Shown: piece after piece, positions 29,001-38,908 of the stretch
Numbering within the stretch: position 1 is the stretch's first letter
How the letters are laid out: each line of letters opens with the position of its first letter
The notes under the pieces: model-generated
Told to the model about the DNA's origin: nothing
Database searches by the model: none
What the model saw: only the letters and a program-made list of their open reading frames with translations
Made by a program: the position numbers and the translations under genes
NCBI GenBank assembly: GCA_037446635.1
Contig: JBBIIG010000033.1
Span: forward strand, 1 to 48,783
Direction: 5' to 3'
From: a bacterium
GTDB lineage: Bacteria > Zhuqueibacterota > Zhuqueibacteria > Oceanimicrobiales > Oceanimicrobiaceae
DNA: 48,783 nucleotides

Positions 29001-29471
29001 ATGACTGAAAAAGACCGTTTAGAGTGGGTCATCGATCAACATTACAAAACCATTGATCGCCACTACAACCAGCGTATCAAAACCAAAAACTGGTGCCTGA
29101 CCATCTGGCTTGCCATCGTGACGCTCATCGCCTCCGGGAAGCTGCTGGCGTTCAATGCGCAGGGATTGATCCTCAGCTTGCTGCCCATCGTGCTTTTTTG
29201 GGTGGTGGAAGCGATGCAGGCCGGTCACATGAAAATCATGGAGCTGCGGGTAGCGGAATTGGAGAAATTGTGGACGGGAAATGCCTCAAAAATCAAAAGT
29301 CCGAGCGATCTGCTCTTTTACGGCAGCCATCAATATCAGTCCTCGAAAGTCAAATTCAACGTCTTCATCTTTGCGCTCTTCAAAATGGAGACGGTGTTTG
29401 CGTTTTACCTGCTTTTAGCGGTGATGAATTTTGTGGTGGGCATCATTTTTATGTTCACCCAGCCGGTCTAA
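29001..29471 (+). CDS. Hypothetical three-TM membrane protein
   Basis: 156-aa ORF; KTKNWCLTIW followed by TM helices; promoter-like boxes immediately upstream. Confidence 0.75.
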   Translation: MTEKDRLEWVIDQHYKTIDRHYNQRIKTKNWCLTIWLAIVTLIASGKLLAFNAQGLILSLLPIVLFWVVEAMQAGHMKIMELRVAELEKLWTGNASKIKSPSDLLFYGSHQYQSSKVKFNVFIFALFKMETVFAFYLLLAVMNFVVGIIFMFTQPV

Positions 29472-29516
29472 GTTGACGGTTGGGACTTGTCCAAAAAAGT
29501 CGATGTCATGCCCCCG

Positions 29517-29944
29517 TTACGGCGCCACCCGAAAACGAATTCGCACCCGCCCGTTCTCCCGCACCTCTAACTCAGAATTCGAAAAACGCCAATTTCCGAC
29601 GTTTGCGTCACGTGCGGTCCGCCGCAGGGCTGCTCATCAAAGTCGCCGATCTTGTAAATGCTGATTTCGGTCGCATCCGGCGGGACCTTCCACAGATCGT
29701 ACTTTCCCGCCTGCTCGCGAGGTAGAACAAAATTCGCCACCGCATGATTCTTGGCGATCTCCGCGTTCACCAGCGCTTCGATTTGCCGAATATCTCCTTC
29801 ACTCAATGAGCGCGGAACGTCATAATCGCACTTGGTTTTTTTCTCGCCGAGATGGAATTCTAAGTTGCGCGGGGCATCATAAAATTTGCGCATCACCGCC
29901 GAGAGAATGTGTTCGGCGGTGTGCATTCTCGGAAGGACGGACAT
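29517..29944 (-). CDS. Stand-alone alanyl-tRNA editing (AlaX/tRNA_SAD-like) protein, frameshifted near the C-terminus
   Basis: MHTAEHIL (HxxxH) and CGGPH zinc ligands. The frame stops at 29567, but LEVRENGRVRIRFRVAP* continues in another frame to 29517. Confidence 0.8.
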
Positions 29945-29946
29945 AC

Positions 29947-30450
29947 TTAATCAAACTTCGCCAGCTCGTCCTCTACCCTTTTTTCCCAATATGAGGGCTC
30001 GTCTTTTTTAGCGGAAGTTGTGGAGGGGGAAGCCGGTTGGGTTTTCACAGCCGCGGGGCGGACGATCCTTTTGAGCACCAACGCCACGATTCCTGCGCCA
30101 AGCAATAATGCTGCGGCCGCAAACCAGTAGGCGACTTTCCCCAACAACGTTTTTTGCGAGGGGCTGGCAAGAATGCGCTCGCCGTACCTGGGCTGTGAGG
30201 TAAAATAGGCGAGAATCTCTTCTTTGGTTTTCCCCTGGTCGATCAGCTCGGAAATTTTTTGGCGCACTTCGCGCGAGGCCGGCGAATCGTGCTGATCGAC
30301 GGTCATGTTCCAGCAACAGGGCGCCACCAAGCTGCGTTCCAATTCCGCCTGCAGCTTCTGTTTTTCAGAATCCGTGCTGGCAAGCGCTTCGCCAAATAAT
30401 ATCAGAACAATTAGGCTCAGCGCGATCGCTGTGCTGCGTTGGATGTTCAT
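29947..30450 (-). CDS. Cytochrome c biogenesis protein CcmH/NrfF-like
   Basis: Signal peptide, LVAPCCW..TV..HDSPAS, YGERILASP, C-terminal TM helix. Confidence 0.8.
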   Translation of the reverse strand: MNIQRSTAIALSLIVLILFGEALASTDSEKQKLQAELERSLVAPCCWNMTVDQHDSPASREVRQKISELIDQGKTKEEILAYFTSQPRYGERILASPSQKTLLGKVAYWFAAAALLLGAGIVALVLKRIVRPAAVKTQPASPSTTSAKKDEPSYWEKRVEDELAKFD

Positions 30451-30502
30451 CTTTCACCTCACTTTCATAAATCTAAACGCGGCCTGTGGCCGCAACCAAA
30501 TC

Positions 30503-31033
30503 AACCGCAAAGTTCGCTAAGAAAATGCAAAGGAGCGCAAGGAAAACATTGTTTCTTATTAGCGGAGTTTGCGCCAGCTTTTGCGTTTTTTGCGGTTAAA
30601 AAACTTTGCTAGAGAGCCGGTCGAAAAATGAGCTAAGTTCAAGAGCAGTAAGTTCCTCCCCCATTTTTGCTTTCTGTCCGCTTCGCGGAAAAATGGAGGA
30701 GGTTAGGAGGGGATCCGCTTTGGAGCGCCCCCCTCCCAGCCTCCCCAAAATTCCAAAAGTCGGAATTTTGGGGAGGTGATAGCCAGTGCGACCGACTTTC
30801 CGACCGGGCTCCTAGAAAACTGCTTGGTATAACACGGATTTTTCAGAAATTATCAAGATTCGCTAAGCTTAGAAAACTGAAGTTTCTGGCTTGTAAACGC
30901 AGGTCTGCTGAAGCAGACTAATTTCACAGTCGGCTTTTAGCCGACTTCCACTATGAGCCTGAAAATTCATTTTCAGGCGGACGCTCAGGCGTTTTAACAC
31001 GCCTCGGCGCTTTCAGCGCACTCTGCGGTGAAT
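30503..31033. repeat. Cluster of intergenic inverted repeats/REP-like elements
   Basis: aaccgcaaag..tttgcggtt (30503-30597); gagccggtcgaaaa..ttccgaccgggctc; palindromes at 30903-30918, 30928-30946 and 30957-30978. Confidence 0.65.
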
Positions 31034-31034
31034 T

Positions 31035-31829
31035 CTACTGCAACGTCGCCAATCGGCCTTTGGCTAAATTGGCTTCCTGAGAATCGGGATATTCTTTGAT
31101 CACTTCTTCGAGATAAATTTTGCCCTGCTCGGTTTCCCCGATGCTCAAGTAGGCGTATCCGATTTTCAAAATTGCCGAGGGCGCTTTATCGCCTTTGTGA
31201 TACAATTTTAGGACTTTCTCAAACTCCTCGATGGCGTTGGGGAAGCGGCCCTGCGCGTAAAAAACCTCGCCGATCCAATACTGAGCGTTATCGGCCAAAT
31301 CCGAATTCGGATACTGCTGGATGAATTGGCGAAAGCCCTGCAGCGCCAACTGGTAGTTGCCGCGAATCAAATCGCGATAAGCGGTGTTGTACAACTCGCG
31401 TGATTCGTCCAGCCCGAGGTTGGCGGACGATTGCGTGGTATCGACGCCCGAGCGGCTGGATTCGATGGGCGGCTGATAAACGCCGCCGGTTTTCTGAGCG
31501 GCCGACGAGATGCGATAATTGGTATCCTGCAATTGATTTTGCACCGCCTGCACCTGTTGGCTGACCTCCAGCAATTGCGCGGAGAGATCGGCTTTGGTCT
31601 GCTTGATGCTCAACTCCTGCTCCGTCATTTTTTTTTGCAAGTCATCCAATTTGCGCTGAAGCTGAGCGTTGTGATCTCGCAGGTAACGCAGCTCGCGGCG
31701 CAGATTATCCAACTCGCTTTGCTGGGCGCGCACGCGGTTTTGCGACGAACAGCCCGCAAACATCGCCAGTGCAACCAACAGCCAAACGGCTAACTCACCG
31801 CGCGGCGATTTCAAAAATTTTGAGTTCAT
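31035..31829 (-). CDS. cpoB: Tol-Pal system protein YbgF/CpoB (lipoprotein, coiled coil plus TPR)
   Basis: FAGC lipobox; YPNSDLADNAQYWIGE; KAPSAILKIG; position after pal. Confidence 0.92.
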   Translation of the reverse strand: MNSKFLKSPRGELAVWLLVALAMFAGCSSQNRVRAQQSELDNLRRELRYLRDHNAQLQRKLDDLQKKMTEQELSIKQTKADLSAQLLEVSQQVQAVQNQLQDTNYRISSAAQKTGGVYQPPIESSRSGVDTTQSSANLGLDESRELYNTAYRDLIRGNYQLALQGFRQFIQQYPNSDLADNAQYWIGEVFYAQGRFPNAIEEFEKVLKLYHKGDKAPSAILKIGYAYLSIGETEQGKIYLEEVIKEYPDSQEANLAKGRLATLQ

Positions 31830-31843
31830 GGCTCGCTCTCAAA

Positions 31844-32362
31844 TTAATTCAAGATCACAAATTCGGCGCGGCGGTTTTTGGCCCACGCCTCTTCGTTGCG
31901 CCCCGGATCGAGAGGCCGTTCCTTGCCGAAGCTGATGATGGTGATGCGTCCGGGACTGATGCCGTAATTGACTAAATAATCTCGCACCGCGCGCGCGCGC
32001 CGTTCCCCCAGCGCCAGATTGTATTCCACGGTGCCGCGCTCGTCGCAATGACCCTCGATGCGAATATAAACCTCGGGGTTCTGTTCGAGCTTGCGGGCGT
32101 TCTCCGCGAGAATGGCGCGCGCCTCCGGAGTCAGGTCCGATTTATCAAAATCAAAATTCACGGTCAACAAAATCAGCGGCTCTTTGGGACGATCCGGTTC
32201 CACGGGCGCCGGCGGCGGTTGCGGCTTGGGCTGCTCAACCACGGGGGGTGGTTCGGGAAAAGGTTCGGGTGTGGTCTCAATCACTTCTTTCTGGCCACCG
32301 CAGCCCAGAACTAAACCCAAAAAAATCGGCAAAAACAGGTAAACCCAAAATTTCGTTCTCAT
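31844..32362 (-). CDS. pal: Peptidoglycan-associated lipoprotein
   Basis: LGC lipobox, FDFDKSDL, IEGHCDERGTVEYNLALGERRA, KNRRAEF; AAGGAG RBS before ATG 32362. Confidence 0.96.
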   Translation of the reverse strand: MRTKFWVYLFLPIFLGLVLGCGGQKEVIETTPEPFPEPPPVVEQPKPQPPPAPVEPDRPKEPLILLTVNFDFDKSDLTPEARAILAENARKLEQNPEVYIRIEGHCDERGTVEYNLALGERRARAVRDYLVNYGISPGRITIISFGKERPLDPGRNEEAWAKNRRAEFVILN

Positions 32363-32394
32363 CCTACTCTCCTTTCTACTTTGGAATTTAGAAT

Positions 32395-33663
32395 TCAATT
32401 GATTCTCGGCGACCAGGCCGGCATATAGTGCGTTCCGCCGCTGGTGATGGGTTTTTGATCCGAGCCGTCCCAAAACATCGAGTATAGGGCTTTTCTGCCG
32501 CTGCGATTGGAGCTGAAAATTAACGAAAAGCCATTGGGCGACCACGAGGGGTCTTCGTTGCTGCCGCTGCTGTCCGTGAGCCGCATCAAATTTTCGCCGG
32601 TGACGTCGATGGTGTAAATATCGAAGCCGGAGGCGGTGCGCGAAACGAAGGCGATTTTGTCGCCGCGCGGCGACCACGCTGGCGAATCGTTGTAGCTGCC
32701 CTCGAAGGTCAAACGCCGCACGTTCAAGCCGTCGGAATCCATGATGTAAATTTGCGGCGTGCCGGAGCGGTCGGAAGTGAACGCCATCTCGCGGTTCGAG
32801 GGCGACCAACTCGGCGACGAATCGATGGCGTTGTTGTAAGTCAGGCGCCGCAGCTTTTTCTTCTCCACTTCTAAAAGGTAAATCTCGGCGTTGCCGTCCT
32901 GCGTCAGCGTCAGCGCGATGTTGGCGCCGTCCGGCGACCACGCCGCCGCGGAATTCAACCCCTGAACGTTGGAAAGCCGAGCGAGGGTGTTGGTCTGCAA
33001 ATTCATAACATAGAGATCGAGATTGTTGTCTTTGAAAGTAGAGTAGCAGAGTTTGCTGCCGTCCGGCGACCACGCCGGCGACAGGTTGATGCTGCGGTTG
33101 TTGGTCAGCTCGACGACGTTTTGGCCGTCGTAATCCATCACCGCAATTTCTTTGACGTTCTCGCCCTTCTCTTTGACAAAAGCAATTTTCGTGCGCGCGA
33201 TGCCGCGCTCGCCGGTGAGACTGTAAACAATGTCGTCCGAGATTTTGTGAAGAAGGTAGCGTTGGCGGGTCACGGCGTCGCTGTAATCATTTTTTAAAAT
33301 GGTGCGCCCGGAGGCGAGATCGATGACGTGCGGCTGGACGGTGATGTTGTTTCCGCTGGTGAAATATTTGCCGGAGACGGCGGCCAGCGCTCGCGAGCCG
33401 GCGGCGCCATCCGCGGCCGGCGCGCCAGATTTCACATTGACTTTAAAAAATCCCGACATCCACAAATCGTTGCTGATGACGGAAGCCATCACTTCTGAAA
33501 TTTCCGCGCCGCCCTCCGCTGCGAAGGGATAGACGTCGATGTCGATGCGCTGAAAAGTTTTGGTGTAAATGCGCAGATAAACGTCAGTTTGAGAAAACGC
33601 GGCGTTTGCAATCCCGAATAACAATGTCAAACAGAAAACAAAGCTTAAATTTTTATGTCTCAT
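32395..33663 (-). CDS. tolB: Tol-Pal beta-propeller protein TolB
   Basis: TKIAFV, MDYDG, repeated SPAWSPDG PD40 motifs. Confidence 0.96.
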   Translation of the reverse strand: MRHKNLSFVFCLTLLFGIANAAFSQTDVYLRIYTKTFQRIDIDVYPFAAEGGAEISEVMASVISNDLWMSGFFKVNVKSGAPAADGAAGSRALAAVSGKYFTSGNNITVQPHVIDLASGRTILKNDYSDAVTRQRYLLHKISDDIVYSLTGERGIARTKIAFVKEKGENVKEIAVMDYDGQNVVELTNNRSINLSPAWSPDGSKLCYSTFKDNNLDLYVMNLQTNTLARLSNVQGLNSAAAWSPDGANIALTLTQDGNAEIYLLEVEKKKLRRLTYNNAIDSSPSWSPSNREMAFTSDRSGTPQIYIMDSDGLNVRRLTFEGSYNDSPAWSPRGDKIAFVSRTASGFDIYTIDVTGENLMRLTDSSGSNEDPSWSPNGFSLIFSSNRSGRKALYSMFWDGSDQKPITSGGTHYMPAWSPRIN

Positions 33664-33706
33664 CGTGCTTTTAAATTTTGCCTTTTGATTTTTGCGGTTT
33701 GAATTT

Positions 33707-34489
33707 TTAAAACCCTTGTTCAAATTCGAAGTGGACGCCCAGCGCGCGCTCCGGGAAATCGAACGGCAGCGGCGGCAGCGGATTGGCGAGGGTCACCGCG
33801 CGCAGCGCCGCTTGATCGAACAAGCGGTCGCCGGAACTGTTCTCGATGACCACATCGCTGATTTCACCGTTGCGCTGAATTTTGAAATAGATCAGCGCTT
33901 TGCGGGAGATGGAGCTGCGAGCGGCTTGATAGGGCGGCTCCCAATTGGATTGAATCCGCGAGCGCAGCGCCGCCAGATAATAAGAAAACGGGAACTCGCG
34001 CACGTCGAGCCGCACGCCGCCGCCCCCTCCAAAACCCGCGCCGCCGCTCTCCGCTTGCGCCGGTGTCTCCGTGATTTTGGGTTCTTCCTTTTTGGCGTCG
34101 TTCTTTTTCGGCTCCGTGTTTCCAGCGGGTTTCTCCGGTTTCAGCGTTTCCTTTTTTGGCGCAGCCGATTCCACCGTGATCGCGTTGGCGTCCTCGGGCT
34201 CCGGTTCGGACGCGGCCGGCTCGGGCGCTGTTTCAACCGCGCTCTCGGTTTCTTCCGCCGCTTGCGCCATCGCCGCCTCCGGCGCGTTGAACGCAACCGG
34301 GCCAAAGCTCACTAACTCCACCGGCAGCAGCGTGGGGTAACCTTCAAACCTGCTCACCGTCGGCGCCGTAATGAAGAACAACGAGAAAAACGCGGCGTGC
34401 AGCAACGCCGATAAAACCGATGATGAAAGCAGATTCCGCTGCGGAGCAACATCGGCTATTTGATCCATTGGGGGTTGATAGTTCAGCAA
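33707..34489 (-). CDS. tolA: TolA/TonB-family C-terminal domain protein
   Basis: SxxxH TM anchor (SALLH), long P/E/K/A linker, IQSNWEPP...SSGDRLFDQAALRAV; position within the tol operon. Confidence 0.85.
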   Translation of the reverse strand: MLNYQPPMDQIADVAPQRNLLSSSVLSALLHAAFFSLFFITAPTVSRFEGYPTLLPVELVSFGPVAFNAPEAAMAQAAEETESAVETAPEPAASEPEPEDANAITVESAAPKKETLKPEKPAGNTEPKKNDAKKEEPKITETPAQAESGGAGFGGGGGVRLDVREFPFSYYLAALRSRIQSNWEPPYQAARSSISRKALIYFKIQRNGEISDVVIENSSGDRLFDQAALRAVTLANPLPPLPFDFPERALGVHFEFEQGF

Positions 34490-34538
34490 CTTATTCTCCT
34501 TAAGTGGGTATAGGGTATAAGTCCCGATGCCCTATACC

Positions 34539-34937
34539 TCACAACTGCCGCGGTTTTAAAACCAGCCCCAATTTTTCGATCTGCAATTCTTTGATAATGT
34601 CCATCACCTCGATGACCCGGCCGTACTGCACGTCTTTGTCGCCTTGCACGAGAATCGGTTTGAGCCGGCCGGCGGCTTTGCGTTTTTCGAGGCGATCGCG
34701 CAAAATCTCCAGCGAGATGGGCTCGTTGTCCCAAAACAGCGCGCCCTCGCGAGTGATGGTGATCAGCTCGGCGTGGCTGGGGTCGATCTCTTTGGCGACG
34801 GATTGCGGCAGGTTCACCTTCATGCCGGACTTCAACAGCGGCGCGGTGATCATAAATACAATCAGCAAAACCAGCATCACATCCACCAGCGGCGTGACGT
34901 TGATTTCCGAAAGCGTGGTGTATTTAGACGACTTCAT
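34539..34937 (-). CDS. tolR: TolR/ExbD
   Basis: EINVTPLVDVMLVLLIVFMITAP. Confidence 0.93.
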   Translation of the reverse strand: MKSSKYTTLSEINVTPLVDVMLVLLIVFMITAPLLKSGMKVNLPQSVAKEIDPSHAELITITREGALFWDNEPISLEILRDRLEKRKAAGRLKPILVQGDKDVQYGRVIEVMDIIKELQIEKLGLVLKPRQL

Positions 34938-35643
34938 GCACCTCTCGGCGGGTAAAGGTTTCGATAATGTTGGAGTAGTAAATTTCCAATTCCGAACTGA
35001 GGCGCTTGAGCTTGTTGACGAAATAGTTATAGCCCATCACTGCGGGAATGGCGGCGCCCAATCCGGCGGCAGTGGCGATGAGCGCCTCGGCGATGCCCGG
35101 CGCCACCACGCTCAAATCGGAGGTGCCGGTAAAACCGATGGCCCAGAATGAGGTCATGATCCCCCAGACCGTTCCAAACAGCCCGAGGAATGGACTAACG
35201 CTGCCGGTGGTGGCAAGAAAAATCAGGTGGCGTTCCAGCGCCATGACTTCGCGGGCGGCGGCGGAATCGAACAAGCGCACGATCTCGCTGTGGTCGCGGC
35301 TCTTCTGCTCGCGAAACCCCTCCATCCCCAATCCCTGGCCCGGGTTGGGATGATCCTTTTTGGCGAAGACGTAATAAGCTTCTCTAAAAACGGCGGCAAA
35401 CGGATTGTTCTCAAATTGCTTGGCGGCCTGCATAATGTCGCGCATGGTGTTCCGCTTTTGAAACATCCGCAAAAATTGTTGCGACTCTTTACGCAGCCGC
35501 CGAAACGCTCGCAGCTTATCGAGGATGATCCCCCAGGAAATTATCGAAAAAAGCAGCAGAATCGCCAGCACCACTTTAGCGACGATTCCCGACTGGGCGA
35601 TCAAATCCAAAACGTTGAGGGAGGGATTGATTGGCAAGTTCAT
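34924..35643 (-). CDS. tolQ: TolQ/ExbB proton channel
   Basis: LATTGSVSPFLGLFGTVWGIM, VAPGIAEALIATAAGLGAAIPAV. Confidence 0.95.
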   Translation of the reverse strand: MNLPINPSLNVLDLIAQSGIVAKVVLAILLLFSIISWGIILDKLRAFRRLRKESQQFLRMFQKRNTMRDIMQAAKQFENNPFAAVFREAYYVFAKKDHPNPGQGLGMEGFREQKSRDHSEIVRLFDSAAAREVMALERHLIFLATTGSVSPFLGLFGTVWGIMTSFWAIGFTGTSDLSVVAPGIAEALIATAAGLGAAIPAVMGYNYFVNKLKRLSSELEIYYSNIIETFTRREVHEVV

Positions 35644-35741
35644 GAAAACGGCTCTCCGCTGAAAATAGATTATCGAATTCTGATTTTTTTTACATCGAAG
35701 TCGGGGGTAAGTTCCTAAATCGAAAATCGAAAAATAACAAA

Positions 35742-35943
35742 TAGAACACGGATGGAGACGGATTTAAATGGATTTTCACGGATACTTCAATTCCAGACAG
35801 TTTTCAGGGGTCAATTTTCACAAATGCCATGTTCCCACCTTCATTAAAATAGATAGGCAGTTTTAGTAACGAAAAGCGGCAATGAATCACCGCTTGCATG
35901 AAATCCGTGCGAATCTGTCCCATCCGTGTCATCCAGTGTGCTA
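35742..35943. repeat. Inverted degenerate (CACGGAT-like) repeat arms around an AT-rich core
   Basis: tagaacacggatggagacggattt...cacggat / atccgtgcgaatctgtcccatccgtgtcatccagtgtgcta. Confidence 0.65.
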
Positions 35944-36086
35944 AATTTCCGCATCTGGGTTAAACCATGGTCAATATATTTTTATCTCCGTAAAAAAGCA
36001 AGCGAAAGATAAACGGCATGAGTTTAGGGTTGACATTGATGCGGTCGCTTTTTATTTTGGGCTTCCGTTCAGATACTTTTAAAAAG

Positions 36087-37919
36087 ATGCCCCGCAAACC
36101 AAGACCCTTCAACGTTCGCCGCGGCTGGCTCAGCAGCCGTATTCTCTGGCGGCGCTTTGCCAATTACTTCGAATTCCGCTTCACCGGCCGCTGGATGCTT
36201 TACAGCTTGATGATTGGCATTGTAGCCGGGCTCGGAGCGATTTTATTTTATTACCTCCAGGTGTGGATTCAGGAAATCTCCCTGCATGATCTCGCTGGCT
36301 ACAATCCGCCGCTGCCCGGCGGCGAAGGCGACACCGGAAGTTATAATCTCCCCATCAATCGCTGGTGGATTCTCATCATCCCCACCATCGGCGGACTTAT
36401 CTCCGGATTTTTGGTTTATACCTGGGCGCCGGAAGCTGAGGGCCACGGCACCGACGGCGTGATTAAGGCCTATCATCAGGAACGCGGCATCATCCGGCCG
36501 CGCGTGCCGGCCATCAAAACCATTGCTTCGGCGGTGACCATCGGCACCGGCGGCAGCGCCGGTCGCGAGGGTCCCATCGCGCAAATTGGCGCCGGCTTCG
36601 GCTCCATTCTCGCCAGCAAGCTCAAACTCTCGGATAAAGAACGGCGCATCATGGTGATCTCCGGCATGGCCGCCGGCATCGGCAGCATCTTCCGCTCGCC
36701 CATTGGCGGCGCCATTTTCGCGGTGGAAGCGCTCTACAAAGACGACATGGAAACCGAGGGGCTGGTGCCGGCAATCACCTCCTCAATTATCGCTTACACC
36801 ATCTTTGCGTCGCTGTTTGGCTGGCACACCATTTTTACCACCGGCGACTATTTTTTCCGCCGGCCGGTTGAGCTGGTGTTTTACGCGGTGTTCGCGCTGC
36901 TGTGCGCGCTGTTAGGAATTTTTTATGTGAAGCTTTTTTACGGAATTCACGACAAAGTTTTCGCGCCGCTGAACATTCCCAAGCACTTCAAGCCGGCCAT
37001 CGGCGGGCTGCTGGTGGGCATCATCGGATTTTTCTTTCCTTACATTTTGGGCTCGGGCTACGGCTGGATTCAGATGGCCATCAACGGCGAGCTGGCGATC
37101 ACCTTAATGCTGGCCGCGGCGGTGATCAAAGTTTTTGCGACGTCGTTCACCATTGGCTCCGGCGGCAGCGGCGGCATTTTCGCGCCGTCGCTTTTCATGG
37201 GCGCGATGTTGGGCGGCGCGTTCGGCGGCGTGGCGCAGCATGTGTTTCCGGAGGTGGTCACCCAGCCCACGGCGTTCGTGCTGGTAGGAATGGCGGCGTT
37301 TTTTGCCGGCGTCGCCAACGTGCCGGTGTCGTTGACGATCATGATCACCGAGATGACCGGCAGCTACGGTTTGCTGGTGCCGCTGATTTTCACCTCCGCC
37401 ATCGCCTATTTTGTGGCGCGCAAATGGAGCATCTACCGCCAGCAGCTCACCAGCTTCACGGATTCTCCCGCCCACCGCGGCGACTTAATCGTTGACATTT
37501 TGAAGGAAATTAAAGTCGAAGTGGCCTATAAAAAAAATCGACACTTGCCGAAGATTCCCAACGACCTTCCCATTCAGCGCATCATGCCCATGTTTGCCAA
37601 CCATGAAGAAGACTGCTTCCCAGTTGTAAATAAAAAAAACGAGATCACCGGTTTGCTTTCTATGGGGACGCTGCGCGCGGTCATGGGTGAAGAGGGGCTG
37701 CGAGAGGTCATCATCGCCGAAGACGTCAAAACTCCACTGGCCACCATCAGCCCCGATGAAAATTTGCACGAGGCGCTGGTGAAATTTCTCAAAACCAAAT
37801 ATACCAGCCTGCCAGTGGTGGACTCCAAAAACAAGAATCACGTTTTGGGAACGTTGAGTTACCGCGATTTGATCCACGCGTACGACGAGGCGTTAATCGA
37901 GTGGAGCGCCGCTATATAG
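36087..37919 (+). CDS. ClC chloride channel/antiporter with a CBS domain pair
   Basis: GSAGREGP, GGIFAPS, C-terminal CBS repeats. TTGACA-17-TATTTT at 36030-36058 argues for a start at 36087 rather than 36018. Confidence 0.95.
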   Translation: MPRKPRPFNVRRGWLSSRILWRRFANYFEFRFTGRWMLYSLMIGIVAGLGAILFYYLQVWIQEISLHDLAGYNPPLPGGEGDTGSYNLPINRWWILIIPTIGGLISGFLVYTWAPEAEGHGTDGVIKAYHQERGIIRPRVPAIKTIASAVTIGTGGSAGREGPIAQIGAGFGSILASKLKLSDKERRIMVISGMAAGIGSIFRSPIGGAIFAVEALYKDDMETEGLVPAITSSIIAYTIFASLFGWHTIFTTGDYFFRRPVELVFYAVFALLCALLGIFYVKLFYGIHDKVFAPLNIPKHFKPAIGGLLVGIIGFFFPYILGSGYGWIQMAINGELAITLMLAAAVIKVFATSFTIGSGGSGGIFAPSLFMGAMLGGAFGGVAQHVFPEVVTQPTAFVLVGMAAFFAGVANVPVSLTIMITEMTGSYGLLVPLIFTSAIAYFVARKWSIYRQQLTSFTDSPAHRGDLIVDILKEIKVEVAYKKNRHLPKIPNDLPIQRIMPMFANHEEDCFPVVNKKNEITGLLSMGTLRAVMGEEGLREVIIAEDVKTPLATISPDENLHEALVKFLKTKYTSLPVVDSKNKNHVLGTLSYRDLIHAYDEALIEWSAAI

Positions 37920-38011
37920 ATAAGTCGAAATTAAACACTGAAATCGCCGAATCTCGCTTCCTCAATTCGGCGGTATTCCGTGTACTTCAGTGGCCTTCGG
38001 TGTTGAATTTT

Positions 38012-38359
38012 TTACTCCGGCGCCGGCTCAATGGTCGCCGACATCGAGCCTTTGCAGTGGGGGATGCGCCAATCCGGGCCGTAGGCGTGAATCTGATCCC
38101 GTTTCAATTCCGCCCGTTCTTTGGTGGTGGTATCCACGATCACTCGTCCCATCGCATCTACTTCGCAGGCCATTTGAAACGCAGTGGCGCGGCTGTGGCC
38201 AAAAATCTGCATGAGCATCTCAATCACGTAGTCGTAGGTATGATCGTCGTCATCCAGCAAAATGACGTGGTAGCGTGGAAGGATGAGAACTTTTTTCTTC
38301 TCGCGCTTCTTCTTTTTTACATCCGGAAGCACGACGGGTTCGGCGACATCAGGAAACAT
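38012..38359 (-). CDS. clpS: ATP-dependent Clp protease adaptor
   Basis: YHVILLDDDDHTYDYVIEML, GRVIV, SMSATIEP. Confidence 0.9.
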   Translation of the reverse strand: MFPDVAEPVVLPDVKKKKREKKKVLILPRYHVILLDDDDHTYDYVIEMLMQIFGHSRATAFQMACEVDAMGRVIVDTTTKERAELKRDQIHAYGPDWRIPHCKGSMSATIEPAPE

Positions 38360-38524
38360 GCCAAAATATAGCCTGCGATTTCTGAAAAGTCAAGCCAACT
38401 TAGAAACCTAAAACACCGTCACAGACATGGTGTTGGCTCTTCCATCAAATTGTGCGGTTGCATTTTTCAACTTCATATTGTAGATTGTTGTCGTATTTTT
38501 GGAAAATTCAAAGGAGAGTTGTTT

Positions 38525-38632
38525 ATGTCTAATGCCATTGCCACAGTTGTCAAAATGTTGGAGTCGCTGCCGGAGGCTAAACAAGATCAAGTCGTTGAAC
38601 ATGAGATTCGTACCTATCAACCGGCAGCCTAA
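38525..38632 (+). pseudogene. Truncated small protein (possible antitoxin remnant)
   Basis: MSNAIATVVKMLESLPEAKQDQVVEH followed by an abrupt short tail; AAGGAG RBS; directly upstream of a TA pair. Confidence 0.45.
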
Positions 38633-38677
38633 GTTTTGTTAAACTTCAAAAGGTTGATGTAACTGAGGACAAACGAT

Positions 38678-38908
38678 ATGACCGATTTAGCCCAAAAATT
38701 CGCCGACGAAGCTCTTCTTCTTCCTCGTGAAGATAGGGCAAAATTAGTAGAGAAATTATTAGAGAGTCTCAATGTCCCAACTCAAAAGGAAATTGATCGC
38801 TTGTGGGCGCAAGAGGCGGAAAAACGGATAAAGGAATATGAAGAAGGAAAAGGCGAGGCCATAGACGGCGATCAGGTTTTTAGAGAAATCAGGGACCGAC
38901 TTGGATGA
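38678..38908 (+). CDS. Putative addiction-module antitoxin (TIGR02574-like)
   Basis: ALLLPREDRAKLVEKLLESL, W..EAEKR..Y..G; precedes a ParE-like toxin. Confidence 0.9.
   Translation: MTDLAQKFADEALLLPREDRAKLVEKLLESLNVPTQKEIDRLWAQEAEKRIKEYEEGKGEAIDGDQVFREIRDRLG

Noticed and set aside
31844..33073. 409-aa ORF suggesting a long N-terminal extension on Pal
   Set aside because: The upstream part is an alternative frame overlapping tolB. Pal has its own RBS, ATG (32362) and lipobox.
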